NCBI GenBank assembly: GCA_004376325.1
Contig: SOKC01000062.1
Location: 1-39,649 of the forward strand
Direction of reading: 5' to 3'
Source of the DNA: Actinomycetota bacterium
Lineage (GTDB): Bacteria > Actinomycetota > Humimicrobiia > Humimicrobiales > Humimicrobiaceae
Length of the DNA stretch: 39,649 bases
Positions within the stretch are counted from its first letter, which is position 1, and each line of letters starts with the position of its first letter. The notes under the pieces are model-generated. The model was not told where the DNA came from and searched no databases. It saw only the letters and a program-made list of their open reading frames with translations. The position numbers and the translations under genes were made by a program. Shown here piece after piece: positions 28,956 through 37,729 of the stretch.

Positions 28956-29224
28956 TCTCCACTCCTTTTTAATTAATCCAAGTTTTTATAATAATTATAA
29001 CTAATAATCCATATAGACAAAATAAATTTTATAATTTTTTATCACTTTTTAAGTCTTATCTAAAAAATTAATCTTATTGTTGAAGTTAGTTGCAACTTAT
29101 AGAAATTAAAAAATTTATTGTTTAAAATGATGTATAGAAACAATTAATAAATCTTTCACAATATTATTAAAATATTATAAGAAATGTCTCACTACTGAAG
29201 AGCGATAAATTAAGAGTCAGCCTC

Positions 29225-30022
29225 TCACCGGCCAAGATAGGAATGAGCATACAGAATCTTATTGGTTAATATATTATATGTTTTTATAACATTCATTAAC
29301 TCTTTATCAAGGGGATCGACAATAGCGCTGTCAAGACCATTGCTCAGCAGTATCAGAAGGTATGTCCTGTTAAGAAGACTCTTAAGCTCCGGAGGAGAAG
29401 ACTGGGAAACGTTACTCAGTCCCACAATAGTCCTGGGTTCATCAGGAAGCGCCATTAATTCCTTGAGCTGTTTAAAAATCTTCAGCGCATCAATACAATT
29501 AAAAACCTGCTCCTGAAGGACTGCAACCGGCAGCACCACAGGGTCCAGGTATAAGTCCTCCATAGGTAGGCCATATTCCAAAGCAGAATTAACTATATTC
29601 ATGGCTATCTCTACTCTGCTATCGACATCCGGTGGCACACCTTTCTCAGTCAGGGCGATCCCAACAATCCTGCTGTTATACTTTTTTGCCAGAGGCATAA
29701 GAATGTCAAGCTTATCTTTATCTCCGGTAACTGAATTAATCATAGCGGTGCCCTTATGCACTTCCAGACCAGCCTCGATAGCACTTATATTTTTAGTATC
29801 CAGAGCGAGAGGTGTGTTCACCTTGTCCTGTATACTTTTTACTATCCACTGCATAAGTTCTTCACCCTTTTTTGTAGCCGGACCAATATTTACATCTATG
29901 TAGTCTGCTCCCGCATCTTTCTGTTCCCTTGCCATCTTTATAATAGGTTCAGCATTTCTGTCCTTTACAGCATCTCCTACTACTTTTGACACCACGCTTA
30001 TGTTTTCGCCAACCACTAACAT
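29225..30022 (-). CDS. Pterin-binding methyltetrahydrofolate:corrinoid methyltransferase (AcsE/MeTr-like)
   Basis: MLVVGENI...AGADYIDVNIGP...ALDTKNISAIEAGLEVHKGTAMINSV...GLPMEDLYLDPVVLP closely parallels the Moorella MeTr sequence as I recall it. Confidence 0.75.
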   Translation of the reverse strand: MLVVGENISVVSKVVGDAVKDRNAEPIIKMAREQKDAGADYIDVNIGPATKKGEELMQWIVKSIQDKVNTPLALDTKNISAIEAGLEVHKGTAMINSVTGDKDKLDILMPLAKKYNSRIVGIALTEKGVPPDVDSRVEIAMNIVNSALEYGLPMEDLYLDPVVLPVAVLQEQVFNCIDALKIFKQLKELMALPDEPRTIVGLSNVSQSSPPELKSLLNRTYLLILLSNGLDSAIVDPLDKELMNVIKTYNILTNKILYAHSYLGR

Positions 30023-30196
30023 ATCTTTTCCCCATTCTGTAAAAAAATTACAATATAATAATAGGTAATCACTAATTATAACACCATATAAAAATAATTT
30101 AATAGAGGTTTAAACAAATAATTTTAATAAAATTTCAGCTGTACCAGCCACTGAATGGAAAAATTGCTTTATTTCAGAAAAAAAATAGCCTGGCGC

Positions 30197-31006
30197 TTAA
30201 AAGTTATAATTAAACCACTTATTGTAAATATCATCATAAGTGCCGTCTTCTTTAATTTCTTCTAAGATTCTATTAACTTCTTCCTTTAAAGCACTTCCTT
30301 TAGTAAAAACAATGCCAAATTCTTTATTAGATTTTACAACTTCCAGCACAATATAAATTCCTTTATTTTCAGGCAGCATATTAACACCGATGGGCAGTGA
30401 GATTAAGACCCCATCAATATTTTTGTTTCTAAGGTTATCAAACATTGTCAAAATATCATCATAACTTTCAATTTTATAATTAAGCAGATAATCTTCGCTT
30501 AGACAATTTTTTTCGGTTCTTAAAATTCCAATAGCCTTACCATTTAAATCTTCCTTAATCTTAATATCAGTTTCGCTTAAAGTAACCAACATATATTCCA
30601 TTACAAAATAAGGACTGGAAAAATCAACCAGATTTTCTTTTTCATCAGTTATTGGAACAGCTGAAATTATCATATCTAACTTTAAATCTTCTGGAATCTG
30701 GTAAGTGCTGTCCCAGGTAATAGATATTATCTCTATCTCTTTATCCATTCTTTTTGCTATTTCTCTGGCAATATCTATATCGAAACCTTCAACATTTCCA
30801 TCTTCTTTAAATTCAAAAGGCTTATAAGTAGTATCACTTCCAACCATAAGTTTTTTACTATCAGTGGCAATCTTCATCTCATCAACTGTACCAGAAGCTC
30901 CGCAACTGACTAAAGGAGACACTAATAAAATGATGGCAACATATATAAATATATTTATAAAAATTAAAAGAACTTTTTTCTTTTTTGGTGTAAAATTTAA
31001 AAACAT
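30197..31006 (-). CDS. Family-3 (amino-acid type) ABC transporter substrate-binding lipoprotein
   Basis: A signal peptide with Cys (LVSCGAS). GFDIDIAREIAKRM motif. Confidence 0.8.
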   Translation of the reverse strand: MFLNFTPKKKKVLLIFINIFIYVAIILLVSPLVSCGASGTVDEMKIATDSKKLMVGSDTTYKPFEFKEDGNVEGFDIDIAREIAKRMDKEIEIISITWDSTYQIPEDLKLDMIISAVPITDEKENLVDFSSPYFVMEYMLVTLSETDIKIKEDLNGKAIGILRTEKNCLSEDYLLNYKIESYDDILTMFDNLRNKNIDGVLISLPIGVNMLPENKGIYIVLEVVKSNKEFGIVFTKGSALKEEVNRILEEIKEDGTYDDIYNKWFNYNF

Positions 31007-31298
31007 TTATTTAAATCTATAGTCTAAATTTTTCTTGCTATTTTTTAGTAACATAAATTTTATTAAAAATATGATATTTTTCCAAGTAATTATTTAATTG
31101 TATTATTGTATAATTTTGCAAATATATAAATGATTATTATATTATTTATAAATACAGAAGTGCTATGAATTAAATAAACAAAAATAGGAATGTGAGAATA
31201 CCTATTTAAATATAGAAAAGAGGATATTTTAACTTAAGAAGTTTCATTTATAGTTTTACAGTTATTAATACTTTTTCTTTTAAAATAATTCATTTTTC

Positions 31299-31339
31299 TT
31301 GACATAAAGCTTTTTATATTAGAATATTTAGAATATAAT
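31299..31339 (+). promoter_or_regulatory. Possible promoter for the carbohydrate cluster
   Basis: A perfect TTGACA lies at 31299-31304. Candidate -10 boxes are TAGAAT (31320-31325, 15-nt spacer) and GAATAT (31322-31327, 17-nt spacer). A TATAAT also occurs at 31334-31339. The spacing is ambiguous. Confidence 0.3.
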
Positions 31340-31399
31340 GTTGTAATTACATCATTATGTTTATTTATGAACAATATATAACATATAAGAAAGGTACAC

Positions 31400-32422
31400 A
31401 TGAGTAAAATTAGGATTTGCCTTATTGGAGCAGGTAGAGCAGGAGAAGTCCATGGCGATGTATATAATGATTATGTAAAAAATTCAGAAATGGCTGCAGT
31501 TGTTGATAATAATCTGGAAAAGGCAAAAAGCCTTGTAAAAAAATATAGTCTAAAAGAAATTCTTGCGTTTAATACTTTTCAAGATGCAATAAATAATGTC
31601 AAATTTGATGCCGTTGTTATTGCTACTCCTACTTCTATACATTCTGATTATGTTATTAAAGCTGCAAAAAATAAAATTCACGTTTTTTGCGAAAAACCAA
31701 TGACAACCACAACTTATGACTGTGACAGGATGATAAAAGCTTGCAAGGATGCGGGAGTAATACTGCAAATTGGGTTTATGAGAAGATTTGATCCAGGTTT
31801 TCTTTACGCTAAAAATTTAATAGATGAAGGTGCAATTGGCAAACCAATTATAATCAAATCTCTGACTCATGGTCCCGAATTACCAGAGAAATGGTCTTTA
31901 GATATTAAAGATTCGGATGGAATGCTGGCTGAAGTTAATAGTCATGACTTTGATACAATCAGATGGCTTTCAGGAACAGAATTTGAGAGTGTATACGCAG
32001 TTGCTGAAAATTTTAAATGTCCTGAGATTGGAAAAATTTTTCCTGACTTTTATGATACTGCTGTTGTTTCACTAAAGCTCAGAAACGGAGCTTTAGGTCT
32101 AATCGATAGTGTTTGTCCATGTTTTTATGGATATGATGCAAGAGCTGAGGTTGTTGGCACAAAAGGAATAATGTTTATTGGAAGTTTGCAAGACTCTACA
32201 ACAATAACCTGTACTAAGGAAAATAATATTTTTACAAAGCAGACAATGAGCTGGAATAAAAGGTTTCATGAAGCATATATTTCAGAAGATAGACATTTTA
32301 TCGAATGTATTTTGAGCGGTAAAAAACCAGTTGTGACCGGCGAGGATGGTAAAAAAGCAGTAGCAGCAGTTGTTGCTGCTAATAATTCAATTTTAAAAGG
32401 TAAACCAGTGAATATAGTTTAG
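31400..32422 (+). CDS. Gfo/Idh/MocA-family NAD(P)-dependent oxidoreductase (inositol/sugar dehydrogenase-like)
   Basis: N-terminal Rossmann motif IRICLIGAGRAG, and the EKP motif (FCEKPM). Confidence 0.85.
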   Translation: MSKIRICLIGAGRAGEVHGDVYNDYVKNSEMAAVVDNNLEKAKSLVKKYSLKEILAFNTFQDAINNVKFDAVVIATPTSIHSDYVIKAAKNKIHVFCEKPMTTTTYDCDRMIKACKDAGVILQIGFMRRFDPGFLYAKNLIDEGAIGKPIIIKSLTHGPELPEKWSLDIKDSDGMLAEVNSHDFDTIRWLSGTEFESVYAVAENFKCPEIGKIFPDFYDTAVVSLKLRNGALGLIDSVCPCFYGYDARAEVVGTKGIMFIGSLQDSTTITCTKENNIFTKQTMSWNKRFHEAYISEDRHFIECILSGKKPVVTGEDGKKAVAAVVAANNSILKGKPVNIV

Positions 32423-32442
32423 TTTATTGAATTAGGAATCCT

Positions 32443-33486
32443 ATGATTGCTGTAATTTATAAGGGTAAAGGAAAATTTAGCGTAGAGGATGTTCTAATTC
32501 CTGAAATCTCAGAAGATGAAATTTTGTTAAAAGTTCGGGCTGCGTCTATTTGTGGAACAGATTTAAAAATAAAAGAATTTGGCCATTTTAAAAACCCGGA
32601 TGATAAGCCTATTATTTTAGGCCATGAATTTTCCGGGGAAATAGTAAAATTAGGCAAGAATGTCAGAAATCTGAATGAAGGAATGAGGATTTCTATCGCA
32701 CCAAATATTGGATGTGGCCACTGCAGGGAATGCATTGGTGGTTATACAAATCTTTGTGAGGACTATGAAGCTTTTGGGATAAATATTGATGGAGCATTTG
32801 CAGAGTTCCTAAGAGTTCCATCCAGATATATATCTCAGGGAAATATTTTTATACTGCCCAATAACATAACTTTTGACGAGGGCGCATTAATTGAACCGCT
32901 GTCAGCAGCATTTAATGGTACAGAAGCTGCTGGCATTACTCCCTCAGATATTGTTTTGATTATTGGAGCAGGTCCTATGGGAATCTTAAATTTGATTCTG
33001 GCAAAACTGAGAGGGGCCCAAAAAGTAATTGTGAGTGAAATTATTCCAGAGCGGATAGAGATTGCAAAAAAATTTGGAGCCGATTTTGTCATCAACCCGG
33101 AAAATGAAAACTTGAAAAGTGTACTAATGAAGTTAAGCTACCATAGAGGTCCTGACGTAATAATAATAGCAGCATCATCTGGTAAAGCTCAGGAAGATAG
33201 CCTGGATCTTATTGCCAGATGTGGAAGAATAGTTCTTTTTGGAGGTTTACCCAGGGGTAAGGATATTATAAATTTTAAACCCAATGTTATTCATTACAAA
33301 CAAGTTATTGTAACGGGAACTACTGGCTCCAGTGTTATTCAATACAGAAAATCTCTAGAGCTAGCAGCTTCAAAGAAAATAAACTTAAATGAACTGATCA
33401 GTAAAAAATACCTGCTCCCAGATGCTGAGAAAGCTTTTTCAAGTGCAAAATCACCAGAAAATTTAAAAGTTTTATTTACCATCTAA
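32443..33486 (+). CDS. Zinc-dependent medium-chain alcohol/polyol dehydrogenase (sorbitol/threonine dehydrogenase-like)
   Basis: Catalytic Zn motif GHEFSGEIV, structural Zn cluster GCGHCRECIGGYTNLC, and NAD site IIGAGPMG. Confidence 0.85.
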   Translation: MIAVIYKGKGKFSVEDVLIPEISEDEILLKVRAASICGTDLKIKEFGHFKNPDDKPIILGHEFSGEIVKLGKNVRNLNEGMRISIAPNIGCGHCRECIGGYTNLCEDYEAFGINIDGAFAEFLRVPSRYISQGNIFILPNNITFDEGALIEPLSAAFNGTEAAGITPSDIVLIIGAGPMGILNLILAKLRGAQKVIVSEIIPERIEIAKKFGADFVINPENENLKSVLMKLSYHRGPDVIIIAASSGKAQEDSLDLIARCGRIVLFGGLPRGKDIINFKPNVIHYKQVIVTGTTGSSVIQYRKSLELAASKKINLNELISKKYLLPDAEKAFSSAKSPENLKVLFTI

Positions 33487-33511
33487 AGATAATGATTAGG
33501 AGATTTAAAAA

Positions 33512-35059
33512 TTGCCAAAAAAATCATATTTAATAGGCGTTGATGTAGGCACCAACGGTACAAAATCTGCTATTTTTGATGATGCGGGAAATTTAATTTC
33601 AGAAGCTTTTGAAGAGTCTAAGTTATACTATCCAGAAATGTGTGCAGTAGAGCAGGACCTTGATGAAATTTATATTTCCGTAATCAATACAATTAAGCAA
33701 TGCATCCAGAAATCAGATATAGATATAAGAAAGGTGGAGGGAATTGCAATAGACGGTCAAATGGCAGGCATTTGTTCCATAGATAAGGATTGGTCTCCTG
33801 CAACACCATATGATTCCTGGCTGGATACACGGTGTGCCTCCTATATCGAAAAATTAAAAAAAGAAGAATCAAAAATAATATCTCTAACCGGGGGACCTCC
33901 ATCATTTACCCACGGTCCGAAAATGTTGTGGTGGAAAAATGAAAAACCTGAAGTATTTAAAAAAATTGCAAAGTTTATCATGCCCTCAGCATATGCGGCC
34001 GGAAAATTAGCCGGTTTAAAGGCTTCCGATGCATATATTGATTACACATATATTCATTTTAGCTGTTTTGCAGATATACAAAATAATCGCTGGTCAGAAG
34101 ATTTATGCAAAGACTTCGATCTACCCATGGAGAAACTACCAAAAATTGTTAAACCATGGGAAATAATAGGTAGACTGAATAAGGAAGCTGCAGAGCAAAC
34201 TCTGCTAAATTCAGGTGTGCCTATTGCTGCCGGCTGCGGGGATACCACCGCCACTATGTTGGGAGCAGCATTCGATAAAGCAGGTATGGTATTTGATGTA
34301 GCAGGTACCGCATCGGTATTCTCAGTGTGCCTGGATAAATTTGTACCTGATGTGGAAAATAAGACATTGTTTACAGGAAGGCTGGCCATCAAAGATCTAT
34401 GGTATTCCCTGGCGTACATAAATGGCGGCGGGCTTAACCTAAGATGGTTCAGGGATGAGATAATAAAAAATAAAGATAATTCTGGCCATGAGTCAATTAA
34501 GGACCCCTATATTTTTTTAGATGAAATGGCATCAGAAATAAAGGCAGGCTCTGAGAAGCTCTTCTTTATACCCCATCTGGGAGGCAGTGTATGTCCGAGT
34601 ATCCATTATCTTAAAGGCAGCTGGATGGGACTTACCTGGCGGCATAAGATTGGTCATCTATACAGATCACTTCTGGAAGCAGTAGCCTATGAATATGCAA
34701 TATATATGGACATCGAAAAAAAGTTGATTCCAGAACTCAAATTTAAAAAAGCCAGAGTTATAGGTGGTGGATCTAAAAGTAAAATATGGAATAAAATAAA
34801 ATCAGATATTCTTGGAATCCCATACGAGAAATTAAATAGAGAAGAATTTGGTGTACTAGGTTCTTCAATTTTAGCTGGATTTGCCACTGGCATATTTAAA
34901 GACCTGAAAAATACAGCAGACAGATTTAATAAAGTTGAGTATAGAATTGAGCCGGATATCGAAAAATATAAGTTCTATCAGCAGTATGTAAATTATTATA
35001 AGTTTTTGTTAGATAATACTAATAATATATTTAAGGGTTTAGAAAATATAATAAGTTGA
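33512..35059 (+). CDS. FGGY-family carbohydrate kinase (xylulokinase-like)
   Basis: N-terminal GVDVGTNGTKS and C-terminal GGGSKSKIWNKIKSDILG. TTG start. Confidence 0.85.
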   Translation: MPKKSYLIGVDVGTNGTKSAIFDDAGNLISEAFEESKLYYPEMCAVEQDLDEIYISVINTIKQCIQKSDIDIRKVEGIAIDGQMAGICSIDKDWSPATPYDSWLDTRCASYIEKLKKEESKIISLTGGPPSFTHGPKMLWWKNEKPEVFKKIAKFIMPSAYAAGKLAGLKASDAYIDYTYIHFSCFADIQNNRWSEDLCKDFDLPMEKLPKIVKPWEIIGRLNKEAAEQTLLNSGVPIAAGCGDTTATMLGAAFDKAGMVFDVAGTASVFSVCLDKFVPDVENKTLFTGRLAIKDLWYSLAYINGGGLNLRWFRDEIIKNKDNSGHESIKDPYIFLDEMASEIKAGSEKLFFIPHLGGSVCPSIHYLKGSWMGLTWRHKIGHLYRSLLEAVAYEYAIYMDIEKKLIPELKFKKARVIGGGSKSKIWNKIKSDILGIPYEKLNREEFGVLGSSILAGFATGIFKDLKNTADRFNKVEYRIEPDIEKYKFYQQYVNYYKFLLDNTNNIFKGLENIIS

Positions 35060-35075
35060 TATATTCTTAACAAAA

Positions 35076-35693
35076 ATGAAGGATTTTGTGCAAACAGTAA
35101 ATAGTACTATGAAAAAAGAAAAAAACAAAATCAAGCCATTTACTTTTAAGATTGATATAGTAAATAAAACCCTTTCAAATCCTGATTCACATATCGTAAG
35201 GAAACTTTCCTCGATGAAAGGCCAATACCTTGATGAGACGAGCTATGATGAAATGATTAAAAAAGAAGATACTGTACTATATGAGGTGTATGAAAAATTG
35301 GTACCGGAAATGGAGGGTGAGCTGATTCAGGGATTATCTATTGTGCATCCCGGCAAGGTGGGCAAGGAATACTTTATGACTAAGGGACATTTTCACTCAG
35401 TGCTGGAGACAGCAGAGCTATATTTCTGTCTAAAGGGACACGGATATATGATGATGGAAACACCTGAAGGCGATTGGTCCGCTGAAGAATTACTACCATA
35501 CACTGCTTCATACGTTCCAGGCAGGTGGGCCCACCGTTCAATAAATGTGGGTAATGAAGATTTACTGATGCTATTTGTATACCCTGCACATGCGGGCCAT
35601 AATTATGCAACAATAGAGACTAAAGGATTTAGAAAATTAATTATAGAAGATAATGGTAATCCAAAAATAATTGATAATCCTAAATGGAAATAA
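35076..35693 (+). CDS. pgiA: Cupin-type glucose-6-phosphate isomerase (archaeal cPGI family)
   Basis: HPGKVGKEYFMTKGHFHS...YVPGRWAHRSINVG...YPAHAGHNYATIETKGF closely resembles the Pyrococcus/Thermococcus cupin PGI as I recall it. Confidence 0.8.
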   Translation: MKDFVQTVNSTMKKEKNKIKPFTFKIDIVNKTLSNPDSHIVRKLSSMKGQYLDETSYDEMIKKEDTVLYEVYEKLVPEMEGELIQGLSIVHPGKVGKEYFMTKGHFHSVLETAELYFCLKGHGYMMMETPEGDWSAEELLPYTASYVPGRWAHRSINVGNEDLLMLFVYPAHAGHNYATIETKGFRKLIIEDNGNPKIIDNPKWK

Positions 35694-35771
35694 TTTTAGA
35701 AAATAAATAATTTTAGCATCATAGTATATTAGTATTATTAATATTATTACTACTAAAGGGGCAAAGGGAAT

Positions 35772-36773
35772 ATGCAAAAAAAGCCATTAAAAGAATGCCG
35801 TATTTTAGTAACACCAACCAGTTATGGTAAATATGATAAGAATTTAAAACTAAAACTTGAAGAAATGGTAAAAGAAGTTGTGTATAATACCAGCGGTAAA
35901 TCATTAAAAGAGGCAGATCTTCTGCCAATAATTGAAGATTTTGATGGAATGATCGCAGGACTTGATGAGATAAATGAAAATGTAATCTCCAAAGCTAAAA
36001 ATCTAAAAGTAATTTCAAGGTATGGTTCAGGCTATGATAGAGTAGACATTGAGGCTGCAAAAAAGGCAGGTATTTATGTGACCAATACACCGGGGGCCAA
36101 CTCTATTTCAGTAGCAGAGTTAACTATTGGTCTTGCTATTGCTGCTGCTCGTTCTATTCTATATGCAAATATTGAAACAAAGAAGGGAGAATGGCCAAGA
36201 TTAAAGGGTATTACCCTGGAGGGAAAAGTGTTTGGACTAATAGGCCTTGGAAGTGTGGCAAAGGAAGTTGTACTCAGGTTAAAAGGATTTAATTGTAAAT
36301 TAGTTACTTATCATCCTCATAGAAACCCTGAATTTGAAGAAAATCATAATATAGAATATTGTTCTCTTGATAATCTGCTTGGTAAGTCTGATTTTGTGTC
36401 ACTTCATATGCTAGTCACATCAGTAACATCTAAGATGGTAAATAAAGATTTTTTAAATAAAATGAAAAAAGGTTCTATTTTAATTAATACCTCACGGGGA
36501 GAATTAATAGATGAGGATGCATTATATGAAAGTTTAAAAAGTGGTCATCTCCGGGCAGCAGCACTAGACGCTTTTTCCAAGGAACCTCCTGATCATGATA
36601 ATCCATTACTATCTTTGCCACAGATTATAGTCACTCCTCATATGGGAGCTGGAACTGATATGGCTGCAAATGAGATGGGAAGAATGGCTATGGAAGATTG
36701 TATTGCCGTTTTAAAGGGAGAAAGACCAAAATATATAGTTGCAGAACCTGATAAAACATTAAATGATAGTTAG
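35772..36773 (+). CDS. D-isomer-specific 2-hydroxyacid dehydrogenase (phosphoglycerate/glyoxylate reductase-like)
   Basis: NAD site GLIGLGSVAKEV. Catalytic region NTSRGELIDE...ALDAF...PH. Confidence 0.85.
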   Translation: MQKKPLKECRILVTPTSYGKYDKNLKLKLEEMVKEVVYNTSGKSLKEADLLPIIEDFDGMIAGLDEINENVISKAKNLKVISRYGSGYDRVDIEAAKKAGIYVTNTPGANSISVAELTIGLAIAAARSILYANIETKKGEWPRLKGITLEGKVFGLIGLGSVAKEVVLRLKGFNCKLVTYHPHRNPEFEENHNIEYCSLDNLLGKSDFVSLHMLVTSVTSKMVNKDFLNKMKKGSILINTSRGELIDEDALYESLKSGHLRAAALDAFSKEPPDHDNPLLSLPQIIVTPHMGAGTDMAANEMGRMAMEDCIAVLKGERPKYIVAEPDKTLNDS

Positions 36774-37004
36774 ACTGGGGGGCTTTTCTCAAGAAATGGG
36801 GTTGCATGGGATTTCAACTATAGAGGTGAACTTAATTTTTTACATCAGGCTAAAAGGCAAAGTAAATCTGGAGAAGTAAGAGTTGAAGATGTGTGGGTTT
36901 ATCTTATACATGGGTGGACACAGGTAATTTTTGAAGCTCTCAATATGGAAACGACTGAAGAATTGTTTAATCGTTTAGCCAATGTTGCAAATGCTTTAAT
37001 ATAA
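36774..37004 (+). pseudogene. Start-less C-terminal remnant of an NAD(P) dehydrogenase (shikimate/quinate dehydrogenase-like tail)
   Basis: It reads TGGLFSRNGVAWDFNYRGELNFLHQAKRQSKSGEVRVEDVWVYLIHGWTQVIFEALNMETTEELFNRLANVANALI*. The D.NY...FL..A...G...L..Q...F pattern resembles AroE/YdiB C-termini. There is no upstream start, and it begins right after the previous gene's TAG. Confidence 0.3.
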
Positions 37005-37033
37005 ATAGAAAAAATTTAAAAGGAGGAGGACAA

Positions 37034-37708
37034 ATGGCACAATTTAATAGACTGACTGTTTATAATGTTATGATAGAGAATGGTTTGATACCACTTTTCT
37101 ACAACCAAGATGCTGAGAAGACTAAAAAAGTTGCTGAAGCTCTGGTGAAGGGAGGGTCGCGAGTTTTAGAATTTACAAACAGAGGCGATCTTGCAATAGA
37201 GGTTTTTTCTGAACTTATAAAATATAGTATAAAAGAATATCCCAATTTGATTGTAGGAGTAGGTTCGGTAATAGATGCCCCTACAGCAGCACTTTATATA
37301 GATTATGGAGCAAATTTTATAGTTGGCCCCAGCTTTGATGAAAAAATTGCCAGACTTTGCAATAAAAGAAAGATTGCTTACATCCCTGGTGCTGCCACCA
37401 CAACAGAGATATCGCTTGCAGAGGAATTCGGTGCTGAGATTGTAAAAATCTTCCCAGGGTCAACACTAGGAGGACCAGATTTTGTAAAAAATATCTTAGG
37501 ACCAATGCCCTGGTCAAAATTAATGCCTACAGGAGGGGTTACTGCAGAAGAAAGCAACATAGAAGCATGGTTTAATGCTGGAGTCGCCTGTATTGGTATG
37601 GGTTCTAAACTGATAAGTAATAAATTAGTATCCGAAGGCAAATATGAGGAAATTGCCAGTTTAACTTCTAAAGTACTAAAGATAATTAGGAATGTAAGAA
37701 AAATTTAA
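37034..37708 (+). CDS. eda: 2-dehydro-3-deoxyphosphogluconate / 4-hydroxy-2-oxoglutarate aldolase
   Basis: Strong RBS AAGGAGGAGG. Motifs LEFTNRG, GAGSV-like GVGSV, VKIFPG and PTGGV. Confidence 0.85.
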   Translation: MAQFNRLTVYNVMIENGLIPLFYNQDAEKTKKVAEALVKGGSRVLEFTNRGDLAIEVFSELIKYSIKEYPNLIVGVGSVIDAPTAALYIDYGANFIVGPSFDEKIARLCNKRKIAYIPGAATTTEISLAEEFGAEIVKIFPGSTLGGPDFVKNILGPMPWSKLMPTGGVTAEESNIEAWFNAGVACIGMGSKLISNKLVSEGKYEEIASLTSKVLKIIRNVRKI

Positions 37709-37729
37709 AAGCTTATAGAAGGAGGACAA

